Source of the DNA: Amoebophrya sp. A120
Lineage: Eukaryota; Protista; Dinoflagellata
Direction of reading: 5' to 3'
DNA length: 64,000 bases
NCBI GenBank assembly: GCA_905178155.1
Contig: CAJINV010000012.1
Coordinates: 2,632,707-2,696,706 of the forward strand
Positions within the stretch are counted from its first letter, which is position 1; every line of letters starts with the position of its first letter. Shown piece by piece: positions 1 through 12,400 of this stretch. A program made the position numbers and the translations under genes. The notes below the pieces were generated by a model. The model ran no database searches and had not been told where the DNA came from. It saw nothing but the letters and a program-made list of their open reading frames with translations.

Positions 1-925
1 CTGTTGGAGAAGCAGCAACAGTACGATATTTCGTATTGCTGAGGCAGGTCGGATGTAAAAATGGATCAGCACACATGCTGCTACTTGTGAGTCAACTTTA
101 TCTATACCTCATGCTCCTCCCAGGAAAAGGCGAACAATTTCGGCGGCTCCGCATTTTTCGCATACTCCACGTCGAAGAAGCAGTGCAAACAGTACAACAC
201 CGACGCGGTTAACGCGGCGACCTTGCTATTCAGGTCGTACCGGATAAAAGAAGAACTCGACGTGATGTTGGACAGAGAAGGGGCAGCTCCACTACTATTC
301 ACTTTGTTCTTTCCCATAACTTCATTTGCCGCTACCTGAAGCAGACTGCTAGATGAGTTGGTGCGGCTCGTGGTGCCAAAATAACCCCCCGAAGATGCTG
401 CTGCGCTTGTCGTGAAAGGTGTAGCTGACGTGCCTCCACCAGGGCTTTTTGTTTTTGATGCAGCGAATGAACTTGTAATACAATTTGATGAGCTACTGGA
501 GGAGCTACCATGATGCCGGCTGTCATCGTCGTACAAGGCCACTTTGGCGTGCACGAGATCCTCCTTCTCGATTGCGTCCCACGCGATCCGGACTAATTTC
601 TCCAGTGGATTGCTGTTATATGCATTGCAAATAAAGCTGCATCGTGCTAGTACTAGTTATAAACTGCATGACAAATTTTCCTACAGAAGAGAAGTGGAAT
701 TTGTAAATGCCGATTTATTACCTAATGTCGAGGATTTATCATGCATGATCACTGTAATTACTACGAGCATGATACTTTTGCAGTGCATATGGTGCCGACT
801 GCGTTGATCCCGTTGCCCGCCGGATCATGGTGGCGGTTTGTTCTCTCTGCCGTTGCGTGAAGGTTGACCTGCTGTGTGGCGTGCTCCGCACCGCCGGTCA
901 CGAGGCTGGATTTAGAGGAGGGCAT
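1..925 (-). CDS. Hypothetical protein, 3' end outside window (exons 925-790 and 613-108, then a GT intron)
   Basis: ATG at 925. Removing introner 619-789 plus one repeat copy joins ...INAVGT/SNPLEKLVRIAWDAIEKEDLVHAKVALY in frame with ORF 102..554. GTATAG donor at 107. Confidence 0.65.
619..789. mobile_element. Introner family A (degenerate)
   Basis: TATGCATTGCAAA...GATACTTTTGCAGTGCATA; flanks TGTTA/TGGTG; removal restores frame. Confidence 0.7.
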
Positions 926-1613
926 TGTTGCGTTTTAGTACTCTCGTCTCTGCGTGGTTTCTTCTTTTCTTGTTCTTCCCACCGCCGCGATTGACGCTGA
1001 CCATTGCAATAATATATCGAACGGTTGTGCTTTCAAAGCGAAATCGCAAACTGTGAGAACTAAGAAAGCACATCACGCACCCAGCGCCACACGTTCGGTC
1101 AAAGTTTCCTCAAAAATCCACAACCACAACACCCCGTGTGTTTGTTCCTTATGCCGTTTATTCGTTGAACACAGAAAAGACTACACAAAAACGAGCTGCA
1201 GCGAATGACGCTAGCTGCATTCAACTACAGCATGTGCTACGCACTACACCACGGCGTAGAGCAGGACTGCTTATGGCACTACCAGCAATGTTGTTTGTTG
1301 CTGTTGTTGCTGGATGAACTAGAACTCAACTACTTGGTTATGTCAACAACAGGAGTCTTAGTTTTTCAGGGATTTTGGTTTTTCTTCCTCGGGAGTCACA
1401 CACTGACGCTGAGATCTGAACTGTAGTAAGCTCATCTGAAGATGCTCAAAGTAAAGTATTCTTCAGGAACACCTGAGAAAAGAGTAAATCCGTTCTTAGT
1501 GAGCAGAACGCGACAGCATAGTATTCTCAAAAGTAAAACCATTTGTTCGTCCCCGTCAATACTAATCCCACCGCGACTGGTGGTCCACTCGCGCATGCTC
1601 TTGGTCACATTGT

Positions 1614-4600
1614 TCACGAAATCTCCTCGACACTGAGCCTTTCTGCGTCGTCTTCCTCTTCCGTGTTTCTTTTCCTCTCTTCAACTCCAGTGGCTGCTGC
1701 TCCTCCCATCGGTCCCTCCAATCTGAAGTCCTCAAAGCTGTCCCGCGCATTTTCATCGCCCATGTTGCCGCTGTCGTCCTCGCCAACATCTCCACCAACT
1801 AGGTTCCCCGACAAAACCGCACCAACATCTCCTGCTCCTGTGCCACTGACGACCCCAGGCGGCTGTATATCTCCTGCTGCATTCGTCGAACCTCCTCCTG
1901 CTATTATACTCCCTGCTTTCCCAATAATACTATCCACTGGTCCTTTCTGGGGTGAAAACGCGTTGTAATTGACCGATTTCCGTCTCTTCGGGTCCAGTTT
2001 CACCTTCGGCAGGTGCAGGGCCCGGTGCACCGGAGAAAATTCCTCAACCTGGTCCTCCTGCGACCCCTCGGGGATGGGGTTCAAGGAGCCAGGTGCAACT
2101 GCGTTTGATGCTGCTCCCACCGCTGAGGAAAGGACGGAGGTTTTGTTCTCGTTGTTCATCATAGAGCTATTTTTTCTGCTCGGCCGCACCATCGCCTCCG
2201 TCTCCTCCCCCGGGTTGCCCATGTCGGTCATCAGATTTGGCACCGGGTGTGGGATGTCCGGCAGGGGTAACTCCAGATGATGAGACATCTCCAGGCCGGT
2301 AGAGTTTGCTTTCCTGAGCTGCTCCACGAACTCGTCATGAACCCCGTCTGCCGCTCCTGCTTCAGTGGTTTTGCGCTGCTCTCCCTGTCCAAACGCGGAG
2401 AACATTGGTGGACCCCCAGCCGCGCCTTGTGGAGGTACAACACCTTGGCCTTGGTTTTGGTACATCATCTCAGTCGTTTTCATGTCGTCGTCGATGTGCA
2501 CCGCTCTTTGTTTCTGCTTGATAAACCGCCGGCGCTTGCTCCGTTCCGCGATCTGCGACCAGGTCAGGACTTGCGTCAGCCCGGGCTTCATCATGCCCGG
2601 CTCTTCAATCGTCGACACCTTTTCCATCAGAAAGTCTCGCCCGGCCTCCCGGTAGTGCTCGAACTTTTTCTGCCGCTTGTTGCACAGGTTCTGCAACTTC
2701 GTCAGCTGCCGCATGAAGAGCTTGTGCTCCTCGTGGAACACGTAGATGTTCTCCGGGGAGGAGACGGAGGAAACCGTGTTGCGCTGCTGGAAAATCTTCT
2801 CCATCTTCTTGAAGCGGCTGTCCTCCCGGATTTTCGGCAAGATTTCCTGCTTGAAATACGCCCGCCGGCTGTCGATGATCCGCTTCTCCACGCTCGTCTG
2901 CGTGTCGATCAGCTTGTGGGTCATCAGCGCAACGGACTTTTTCGCCTTCGAGGTGGGCGACAGCTGGTATGGTGTTCTCAACTGTTACATTCTCAACTGT
3001 TACATGGATTTGCGATGCAAAAGCCGCAACAGTCAAAGGTGCAAGCTTGCTGCTTTCGCATCACAGATTTGGCACCGATTTAGATGCTGTTTAGCCCTTC
3101 GGATATTTGTCATGCGAAGCAGCTTGATCATCTACCGGCTCAAGGTTGTTTTGCATGAGAAATTCATGTAACAGTTGAGAATGTAACGTTTGAGAACACC
3201 ATAGCTGGAGATCAAGGTGGTCATCCTCTACGTTGGCCGTGTATGACAGTGCACAACTACAACTCCACCCTCATTTGTCATGCAAGCCATCAAATCCACC
3301 CTTTGATGCCCCTTCGCACCTTTTGCATGACAGGTTGTGGTAGATCAAACAGCACTACAATCGTCCTGGGTGAATTTGTCATGGAAAACCCGCACTCTTG
3401 CCAACGCTTGTATTGCTGTACATGCAATACAAATGAGGGGGAGGCGGAGTTTTGCACTCTCATACCATGTCAACGTCGTCGTGTAGATTGTCCAAATTCG
3501 CCATGTTCATTTCTGGTCCGCTGGTTGCGGCGGAACTGCTGCCGCTCGGATTGTTATCGTCGTCGTTCGCGGAGGAAGCGGCCGCGGAGAGAGTGTTTTA
3601 TGCGCTGCAAAAGTATCGTACTCGTACTAATTGCAAATCTGCATGACAACTCTTCTTCCAAACGTAAAACAGCATTACGAGTTGCATTCTTCATGCTGAG
3701 CAAATTTGTAATGCAATTCATACTAGTACGATGCTTTTGCATTGCATATGTTTGTTCCCCCGTTGACTCCGTCGTCCACGAGCTCCTGTCGCGGCTCAAT
3801 ATTCAAATGCTTTTCCAACTCGGAGATTGTGTTGCAGTTCGACACCAAGTCGAGCTTCTCTTCCCACGCGTGCACTTTTGAATTTGGGGTTAACGCAGAT
3901 TGCTTCGACGAGGTTTTATTCGGTCGATGATTTTTCGTGAAAGATGTCATCGTGGTCCCATGTTTTGCGAGATTCGCCGCCTTGGCCTTCGCAGAGGTGG
4001 TCTTCGCAGCGGGAGGTGCGCCGCCGGCTTTGCTGGTGCTCTTCCCACCACCTCCCACGGCGGCGGAAAACCGGGAATAGGTCGGGTTTGCGGTCGTGTG
4101 CGTCACGCGAACATTTGTCCCCGGCACAATGGGATTATTTGCCATCGCTCCTGCGGAGGTGGCTGGTTTGTGTCCGGACAACTGGCTATTCACATCCGAA
4201 TTGTCTCCCTCATCCGCGGAGGAACAGCTGGACATGGCCAAATCGGATTCCATCGGGTCCGGAATGACTTCCGACGGGAGAAAGCCGTGCTCCCGCAGCA
4301 ACTGCAGGTAGTTTTGCCGGGCCAACCGATCCTCCCGGACCGCGGGGTGGAGCATGCCGCGGGCGCCCGGCATGTATGAGAGTGCACAACTCCCCCTCCC
4401 CCTCATTTGTAATGCAAAATACCAAATCCGCCACCCTGTGCCTCTTGGCACTTTTTGCATGACAAGTTCTGGCAGCCCAATAGCACTACACTCCTGTGCA
4501 AATTTGTCATGCAAGACCTGCATTCTTGCTGACACTTGTATTGCCGTTCATGCTATACAAATGAGGGGGAGGGGGAGTTGTGCACTGTGATAGCATGTTC

Positions 4601-7600
4601 TGCATTTCCAAAAAGATTTTCCACAATTTCAGCGATTCCAATTGCCCAAGCTCGGACACAAATCTTCTTCCCTTCGCGTCGTTTTCGATGATCTGAAACG
4701 CCTCCTCCCAGGTCAAACTGCCGGTCAACTTTTCGTGTTGACAGAGGAATGCGTGGAACTGGGGGATGAGAATTTGCTGCCGCTTTTGCTGGCGTTTGTC
4801 GCGTTTTTGCAAGAATTTGTTGAACGCCTGGTCGAAAATTTCCTCCTTGGAAACGTCCTTCACGTTGTCCCAGGACGGAAAATCGATCGGATTTAGATCT
4901 GCGAACTCCAGAAACTGGACCTGGGGTTTAGATGATGTATAGCATAATTATCTGACATAGGTACTAGTACTACATTCACGTAGTACAGAGCACGGTGTGC
5001 AACCACATCAAAGTATACGTAGTGAGCGAAAAGTTATTGTACCTGAACTTCGTCAATGTTCGTCCCCGTTTCAAGTTCGTCGCGTTCCAAGCACTCCAAG
5101 TATTTCCGCATTTCCTTCCCGAGTAGAAAGACCGCGTTTTTCCGTCTCTCCTCGCCCTCGACCTCCTGCTGCACCCTGTGCATTGCAAAAGTATCGCACT
5201 AGTATAAACCAGCCATGCTCCGGCTACCGCCGGAGCGCAAGGCTGTTTGGCCGGGTCTGAACTGCTTGCGGACCGGACCACAGCGACATACATACTCATG
5301 CCCCCACAGAACTCTCTGCGCGCTTCTCGCGCCTAAGGGCGCTCTGCGCAGGGAGGAGCTACCGCGAGCACTGGGGCAGAACAGGACGCACCTAGGTGCC
5401 ACACCAATCCGCTACGCATGCCTTTCGTTAATCAAGATGAACCACGAACCCCGCCCCATTCCCCGGCTTCGCTACTTTTTCAATGGCTTCAGTGTGGGAG
5501 GGCGGCGCGGGAGGGTAGCGCGAGAGGGTGGCGCGAGAGGGTGCGCGAGAGGGTAGCGCGAGAGGGTGGCGCGAGAGGGTGGCGCGAGAGGGTGACGCGA
5601 GAGGGTGGCGCGAGAGGGTGGCGCGAGAGGGTGCGCGAGAGGGTGGCGGGGACAAACGCCGTCCGCGAAGAGCCTGCAATGCTAAATATGAGCACTACCA
5701 TGCGGATTCGCGCCAGCCACTTTGTGTTTTTACCCTCTCGCAGACCTCTCGCAGACCCTCTTTTTTACCTCTTTTGGGGGTCCCCGCTAATAGTCCGGCT
5801 ATACTCGCGGGTAGAGGTCGACAGAGGTGGCCCAGAGGTGGCCGAGAGGGTGCGCGAGAGGTTGGCCCTTATTCGCGCCACCTCTCTCGACCTCTGTCGA
5901 CCTCTCGCGCCCCCTCTTTTTGACCTCTCTGCACCCTCTGAGGCACTTAGGCGCCGCCTTAAGGTGGGTCCTTCGGCGGGCTATACTCGCGCACCCTCTC
6001 GCCGACCCTCTCGAAAGGGGTCCCGCGCCACCTCTCCACCTCTGTCGACCTCTTTTTTACCTCTTTTGACCTCTTTTTGACCTCTCGGCCACCTCTTGTT
6101 TACCCTCTGTCTACCTCTTTTTTCGCATGAATATAATATATAAGTAATTGCATCACAAATTTTGGCAAGAAGGAAAGTGGAATTTGTAATGCTGTTTTAC
6201 CTCAGGAAGGGAATTTGTCATGCGTATTTGCAATTAGTACGACTACGATACTTTTGCACAGGATACACCCGGTTTTTCAGCAAATACTCCGCGTAGCACT
6301 GCTTCCGGTGCTTCTCCTCCGGCAGTAACACCACCTCCTCAATGTGGAAGTTCTGGTTCTGCTTGTTCTGTGGCTGGATGTTCACTTGGTTCTCATCGAT
6401 CGTCGCTAAAGCGGTGGAATTCGACGCGGGGCCCTTTTTTCTCACTTTCACCTTGTTCTCCACCATACTGTCGACGGAGGAAAAGTGGTACGAAGTGTCG
6501 CCGTCGAGTGTGCGCTCGAGTTTCTGCGTGTACAGTCGAAGCCGCTCTTGCTGCACCAAAGGCTCGTCGAGAGGAGCTGGTGTTTTATTTTTTCGCTCTT
6601 CTTCAATTTGTGACGCAGAAGCAGAATCGATGAAGAACTACAACTACGCAGCACAAATGCATCACTAAAGAGATGATGCTTGTTATAAGTACTTCAAGCG
6701 CTGCCTCTGTCATGCAGCTAGTGCAATAGCAGGAGCACGACAAGAGGTATCTGTGATGCATAAAGCACATCTTGACAAGATGAGGATGACTTAAGTACCG
6801 TCGTCGCTGCCCTCGTAAGGGTCCTTCCCCTCGCGTATCCTGTGCAAAAGTATCGTACTCGTATAGCAATCATGCATTACAAATCATCTTGTCAAAGCAA
6901 ATCAGCAGTACAAATTCAATTTCTCATGCTGAGGAAATTTGTAATGCATTTATACGAGTACAACGATACTTTTGCAACGCATATCGCGAATGCGCCTGAC
7001 GGCATCCGGCTCTCGCCAACATGTCACTCTCGTCTCGGAATTGTAGTAATACAGACGATCGCCCCAAAGCGACATCCTGAATAAGTTTTTGATGTATATA
7101 TGAAGTTCCATCTACGACTCAGCAAGCTGGACATACGTCATCTTCAGCGCGCAAAAAATCTTCAGTATCCTACACAAATTCCGAAGGACAAGGAACTACT
7201 TCAACTTCTAGAACTTGAACTTCCATTTCTATTTTATAGAAAAATCGTGTGCGACGAAAAAGATTCATTGGTAGTATGTAAGTACTCTCGCCACGGGGTT
7301 AATTTCGCGATTTTCAACTGCATATCGCTCATCAGTTCCTTCGGACACAGCCACTGTGCCTTCCCCGTCTCGAGATTAAAGTAATATTTCGACCCATCGT
7401 TCCTTGATTGCGTCGTCCAAGGGTATATCTTGCTATTCATATTCTCTGGGTTGTTCTGGTGTTGCTGTTGGTGATAATTTGACCCAGCACCTTGGTGACC
7501 TTGCTGATGGTGTTGCCCGAATGATGTTGGTCCCTTTCCGCCGGGGCCAGAATATTGTTGGTGGTGCTGTGGGTAAAAATTCGTGCCACCTGCTCCATGT

Positions 7601-8588
7601 TGCTGGTGTTGGGGACCTTGGTTGTATCCACCATGATGCTGCTGCTGCGGACCTGGTGCAGCTCCTGGGTGCGATTGTGGACCACCTGCTCCCGGGAGAG
7701 GACCACCTGGTGGACCACCACTTCCGGGAGGACCTCCACCTCCTCCGGCGCTGTTGTTATAGAATTGCTGGTGATGTGGCGGAGGTCCTCCAGAAGGAGC
7801 TCCTCCTGCTGGTACTACCCCGTCATGATGAGGTCCGCCCGCCCCGTGAGGTCCGCCCGGAGGACCACCGTGGTGCATCATCATGTTGCCTCCCCCAGAA
7901 CCTCCACCACCCAGCGGTATGGCGTTCGCCGAGGTTCCCGGCGGGGGTCCGCGCGGCGGGGGCCCACTTATACCACCGCCCGCGGGGCCGGAAGCCGGCG
8001 ACCTCCCGGGGGGATGTGGTCCTACACCAGGACCACCGCCTCCGACGGCGCTGTGCGGAGAGCCCTGAACTCCGACGAGGGGATTAATATGAGGCCCCCC
8101 GCCCTGCGGGTGCGGGATTTGCAGTTGTTGGCCGTCGCGAGGGCTTGGCTGCTGATGATGTTGTTGCCCGGCAGTGCCCGGCGGTCCGCCTGCTCCGGGA
8201 GCTTGCATGAACCGATTCGCCGCCGCGAGGGCTGCTTGCTCCGCACTCGTCGCTTCGTTAATGTTGCTGTAATTCGGGTTGTTGTAGGGATTCGGTGGGT
8301 ATCCTCTGCAAAAGTATCGTACTCGTAGCGCAAGCATGCATTACAAATATTTTTCTTAACGTAAATCAGCATTACAATTTCATTTCTCATCATGCTGAGG
8401 AAATTTGTAATGCATTTACACGAGTGCGATACTTTTGCACGGCATAGTGGGGGATTGCTGTTCGGTGGGCCGCCGCCAGGGAGTGCAGCTGGGGGTCCAC
8501 CGGGTGGTGGGCCGCCGTTATTGCCAAAGCCAGGATACCCGCCGGGGGGCCCGCCGGGGGGGCCCTTACTGTTGAAATTGCCGTACAT
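1614..8588 (-). CDS. PRP40: PRP40-like pre-mRNA splicing factor (Pro/Gly-rich N-terminus, tandem WW domains, FF-like repeats); 7 introners and about 3 GT-AG introns
   Basis: WW1 is PWTTQSRNDGSKYYFNLETGKAQWLCP; WW2 (spliced) is PWREMSLWGDRLYYYNSETRVTCWREP; FF-like segment FHAFLCQHEKLTGSLTWEEAFQIIEND. Frame is continuous after removing introners at 8300, 6836, 5177, 4375, 3599, 3242 and 2968 plus inferred GT-AG introns 7077-7285, ~6577-6798 and 4921-5042. Confidence 0.75.
2968..3203. mobile_element. Introner family C
   Basis: TIR TATGGTGTTCTCAA..GTTACATTCTCAACTGTTACATG; TSD GCTGG. Confidence 0.92.
3242..3464. mobile_element. Introner family E
   Basis: TATGACAGTGCACAACT...AGTTTTGCACTCTCATA; TSD CCGTG/CCATG. 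Confidence 0.88.
3599..3748. mobile_element. Introner family A
   Basis: TAT....TGCAAAAGTATCGTACT TIR; TSD TGTTT. Confidence 0.92.
4375..4592. mobile_element. Introner family E
   Basis: TIR core AGTGCACAACTCCCCCTCCCCCTCATTTGTA; TSD GCATG. Confidence 0.92.
5177..6265. mobile_element. Introner family A carrying a ~930-bp insertion
   Basis: TGTGCATTGCAAAAGTATCG...CGATACTTTTGCACAGGATA; TSD CACCC; removal gives KNRV/QQEVE in frame. Confidence 0.88.
5497..5650 (+). repeat. Tandem ~12-13 bp repeat (GCGCGAGAGGGTG)n inside the insertion
   Basis: About 11 copies visible; the reverse-complement motif ACCCTCTCGC recurs at 5732-6012. Confidence 0.9.
6836..6983. mobile_element. Introner family A
   Basis: Family A TIR; TSD TCGCG. 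Confidence 0.92.
8300..8446. mobile_element. Introner family A
   Basis: Family A TIR; TSD GTGGG. Confidence 0.93.
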
Positions 8589-9496
8589 GGTGTTGTTGCT
8601 ATGGTACGCTATGAAGAACTTTACGATTAACAGGAAAGAGACAATAATTGTCCTTCCCAAGGGTGAAACAGAAAGTATTGTTAGTTCTAGCACGATGCTA
8701 TCATTTTTGCTTTGAATTCCAATATCAATATGTTCCTGTAGTACATCGTGAGCGCAATACGATTTGTTGTTGTCCTACTATGTGTTCGCTGTTCAACATA
8801 CCCGTCATCCAGATCGGTCCTCTAGGGTCCTCGTTAGGGCAGAACAATACAAAGGCACTACATCCAAAAATGACAAAAAAGTCCGTGTAGCTGGTGGAAC
8901 GAAATCCAAATTTCAATTTCTGTGATGATAAGAGAGATACAAGATCGTGAAAAAGATCCGCGGGGTTCTGCGTAAAGTATCAGCTATGTACAGATCTTTT
9001 TACTGGAGGTCCTCGACCAATTTCATTGCAGGCAGCTATAACAAATTGACATTGATCATATAGAAGATCCTTGTCTTTGCTTCCCTATCGGTCGCGTAAG
9101 TATCTAAAAAAGTGGACAGCGCTTTTGTGACAAGAGCAGAGGGGAAAGGCGGGCTCGTCGTCTATCTCTTATCTACAAGCTGTGTTGAACAGATTCGGAC
9201 GTAACTAGTCGACGAGGACCTTTCTACAGTATCTAAAACCGCGCCACGACTTTTCTCCGTGAGTTTGCTTTTGCGGGTTTCAAGTTCGATCTCATGCTTA
9301 CGTGTATTGTCCACATTTGTTCGTGCTCGTCGTGGTAGTACTGCGAATCATACTCATAGTGTACACATCTTCACCAACTACATAGGCTGCAAACGCATTC
9401 TTTTTCGTGATTGCAAAAGAATTCGAAATGTGTTCGTTCCTGTTCCTCGTAGGTCGTATATGATCTATAGAAGCTACAAACTTCTCCTTCATTCTA

Positions 9497-12400
9497 TCAG
9501 TCAAATTCGTCCCAAAACGCGTCCTCCGCTTCTTTTTTCAATTCTTCCGCCTTTTTCAAGGGCACCGGTTCCTTTCGCGGCGGTGGCTTCTCCAATTTCG
9601 CAAACATCGCACTCGGGCCCTGTTTTGGACTACCCGTGCTCTGCTTGGACGAGTTCGGCGACGAGGGGACTGATGGCGGGCGAGAGTTGCTTTTCGGCGT
9701 TGGAGGTTTATCTTTATTACTCATTGCGCTTATGCAATACAAATTTGCTGTACATGTACAAAATGCATCACAAATTTCACCAACTTGGAGCATGCCACTT
9801 GTCATGCTGAATAGAATTAAAAGAAAAATTTGTCATGCAGAAACCGAATTTGTACATGTACAGGAAATTTACTGTGGATAGCGCTATAATTGTTCGCACT
9901 CGCAGGGACCACGACGAGGTGGCTAGAGCTAGAGGACGGAGAAGGAGCCCCTGCTGGGATGATATTCGTTTTATTCGTGGTAGTTGTCGTTGGGGTCGTT
10001 CTTGCGCTACTATCCAGGATGAAATCATCCCCAAAAAAGTCATCGCCCCAAGGGTCGCTCTGCTTCGACAAATTGCTCTTGGAGCCGAGAGGCGATAGCT
10101 GCTGTTTCAACATCTGGGTTGATGTATTGTTGATCTTCGGGGCCGCCGCGAAGCTGCTGTTTTTGTGAGGACTCGTCGAGGAACCCACTGGCGCGGAAGA
10201 AGATGGATTGTTACCGACAGTCGGCAAGCTCAACAGCGAGTTGGCCGAGGCCCTACTAGTTCCCGAGCCTCTTCCCGGAGGCAAAAATTGCGACGCCGGC
10301 GATTCCATCCCCAAATTTAATTCCGCGAAGAGCATTTCGTCCTGCTCTTCCGCCAATTTCTTGGCCGCGGAATTCGTGGAGCCAAAAATGGATTTGGGCA
10401 CGGGATTCCTCGATTTCGATTGCGCTTGTTGTTGAAACACCGCGGAAGTAGTCGTGTTAGAAGGTGGAACTGCCGGGGTTATAATTTTTGGCGGCTGGGA
10501 AAATGATGCTGATGGTAATGATGTTGCAGCTCCAGCACCAAAAGATGCTCCAGTCGGCGTAGTTCCACCGCTACTGATTGTGTTTAAAATCGGTGGAGCC
10601 GGTGGCGGCGCGGGGACTGGCACGACCACGCCAGGAGCATTTGACGTACCACCACCAACACTCGCTGTAGAGGTCGTCGGTGTGAGACCTCCTGGTGTGC
10701 TGTTGTTATTCGCCGGCGCGCCCGATGTTGTTGAAATGCTTCCCTGCAAATCTGCGATCTTGGAGAACGCCCAGCCGCCCCAGCCGGAAGACGAGGAATT
10801 TGAATTCCTGCTAGCTGGAACAGACCTAGAATCTGTACTGTTCCCAGGCTGCGAAACGCTACTTGCCGACCCCGACCCCGACGTCGTAGAGGTTACAACG
10901 CTGCTCACCATCTCACTCTTCAACTTCTGAATCTGCGACACGACCGCCTGCAAAACCTCCATCGCCAGATCCGACACCTGTTGCGCGACCAATTCGTTAT
11001 TCTTCTGCTCCTCTTGCTGCGCCTGCTGTTCCGCAGGGGTGACGGCGGTGTTTAATCCGGGTTTATTTTGCTCGACGGGTGAAAGAATCACTTTCGCTGC
11101 GACGAGAGGGCAAACCGTGTTGCACAAATCCACCATGGTGAAATAATTCAAACACGCCCGCACTGCTTGCAGCGTCGCTAACCGACATATCCTGAGTAAA
11201 AACGTCCCCACCCCAATTATAGCCAAGTAGATGGCGAATCGACTAGAAAAATCCACAAGCTTTGGCTGTCGTGCATGAGAAATTTGGACTCGTAATGTAG
11301 TACTGTTTGAGCTAGCTCAACAGCATCACAGATCTAGTATATCATGCTGATTGGAGCATGACAAATTGCAAAACACGACTAGAAAATGCTTCTCATGGGG
11401 CTCCGCATGAGAAACATTTCTAGCATGCAGATTTGCATTACAACTATAGGATGGGGACGTTTTTAAATACGATACGACACGGCATGAAACTGTCGTTGAT
11501 CGAGACGGAAAATGCGGCTTTCAGAATGCGGCTGGTGTTATGCATTACAAAAGTATCGCACTCGTATAAATGCGAGTCTAGCATTACAGATCTGCTTTCT
11601 TAGCTGAACCTGCATGACAAGTTTCACTTTTCTTCTAGGAAAAATTTGTAAAGCATTTATACGAGTACGATACTTTTGCATTTCATAGGTGACCGGTAAA
11701 TCGCTTCCGGGATTCAGTTCCGGGTTCCCAAACCCGTTCAGCGTCGCAATCTTTCCGAAACAGATGCACACGTTGGTCCGCAAACTGGGTTCCGGATCTC
11801 TTAGCCTTTGCTGTAGCTGTTTCGCGACCTTTATCCAGGAAAAAACACCCATCCCCATCCATTTTTTGCATGACAAACACAGGAAACAATGCACGTTTTG
11901 CATGACAAACTGGATGGGGATGGGTGTTTTTTCCTGGATAACCTTGTCTTGGATGGTTTGGATTGGGATCAAGGGTGTGCTAGTCGTGGGCTGGCTCGCC
12001 GGGTCGGAAGATAGGCTTTGTCTACTGTTGTTATCAAATGTAAAAATGTCTGGGTCTGGAAGAGTCATGCTGTTTTTGCATGACAAAGAAGGTCTGGCGT
12101 AGAAGCTCTAGCATCACAGGTTTCGAGAAGCTTCCGCGATGCCGAACCCGCATGAGAAATCCGCCATTTTGGTGACAGAAAGTGGGCAGCTTTTGCTACC
12201 TATGCATGAGAGATCTTTCTGTGTTCTAAAATGCGCATCACAAGTTCGGATCCTTCCAGACCCAGACATATTTGCATTTGATAGTTGTCCGTCATGCACA
12301 GAACCACCATCGCTTTCACTGTCGCTTCGCGTATGGCGTTCTCAAACGTTACATTCTCAACTGTTACATGAATTTGTGATGCAAGAATGGCAAAAGTGAA

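Noticed and set aside
5418-6080. ORF with (REGGARGWRERV)n repeats
   Set aside because: It is a translation of a 13-bp tandem repeat inside an intronic insertion.
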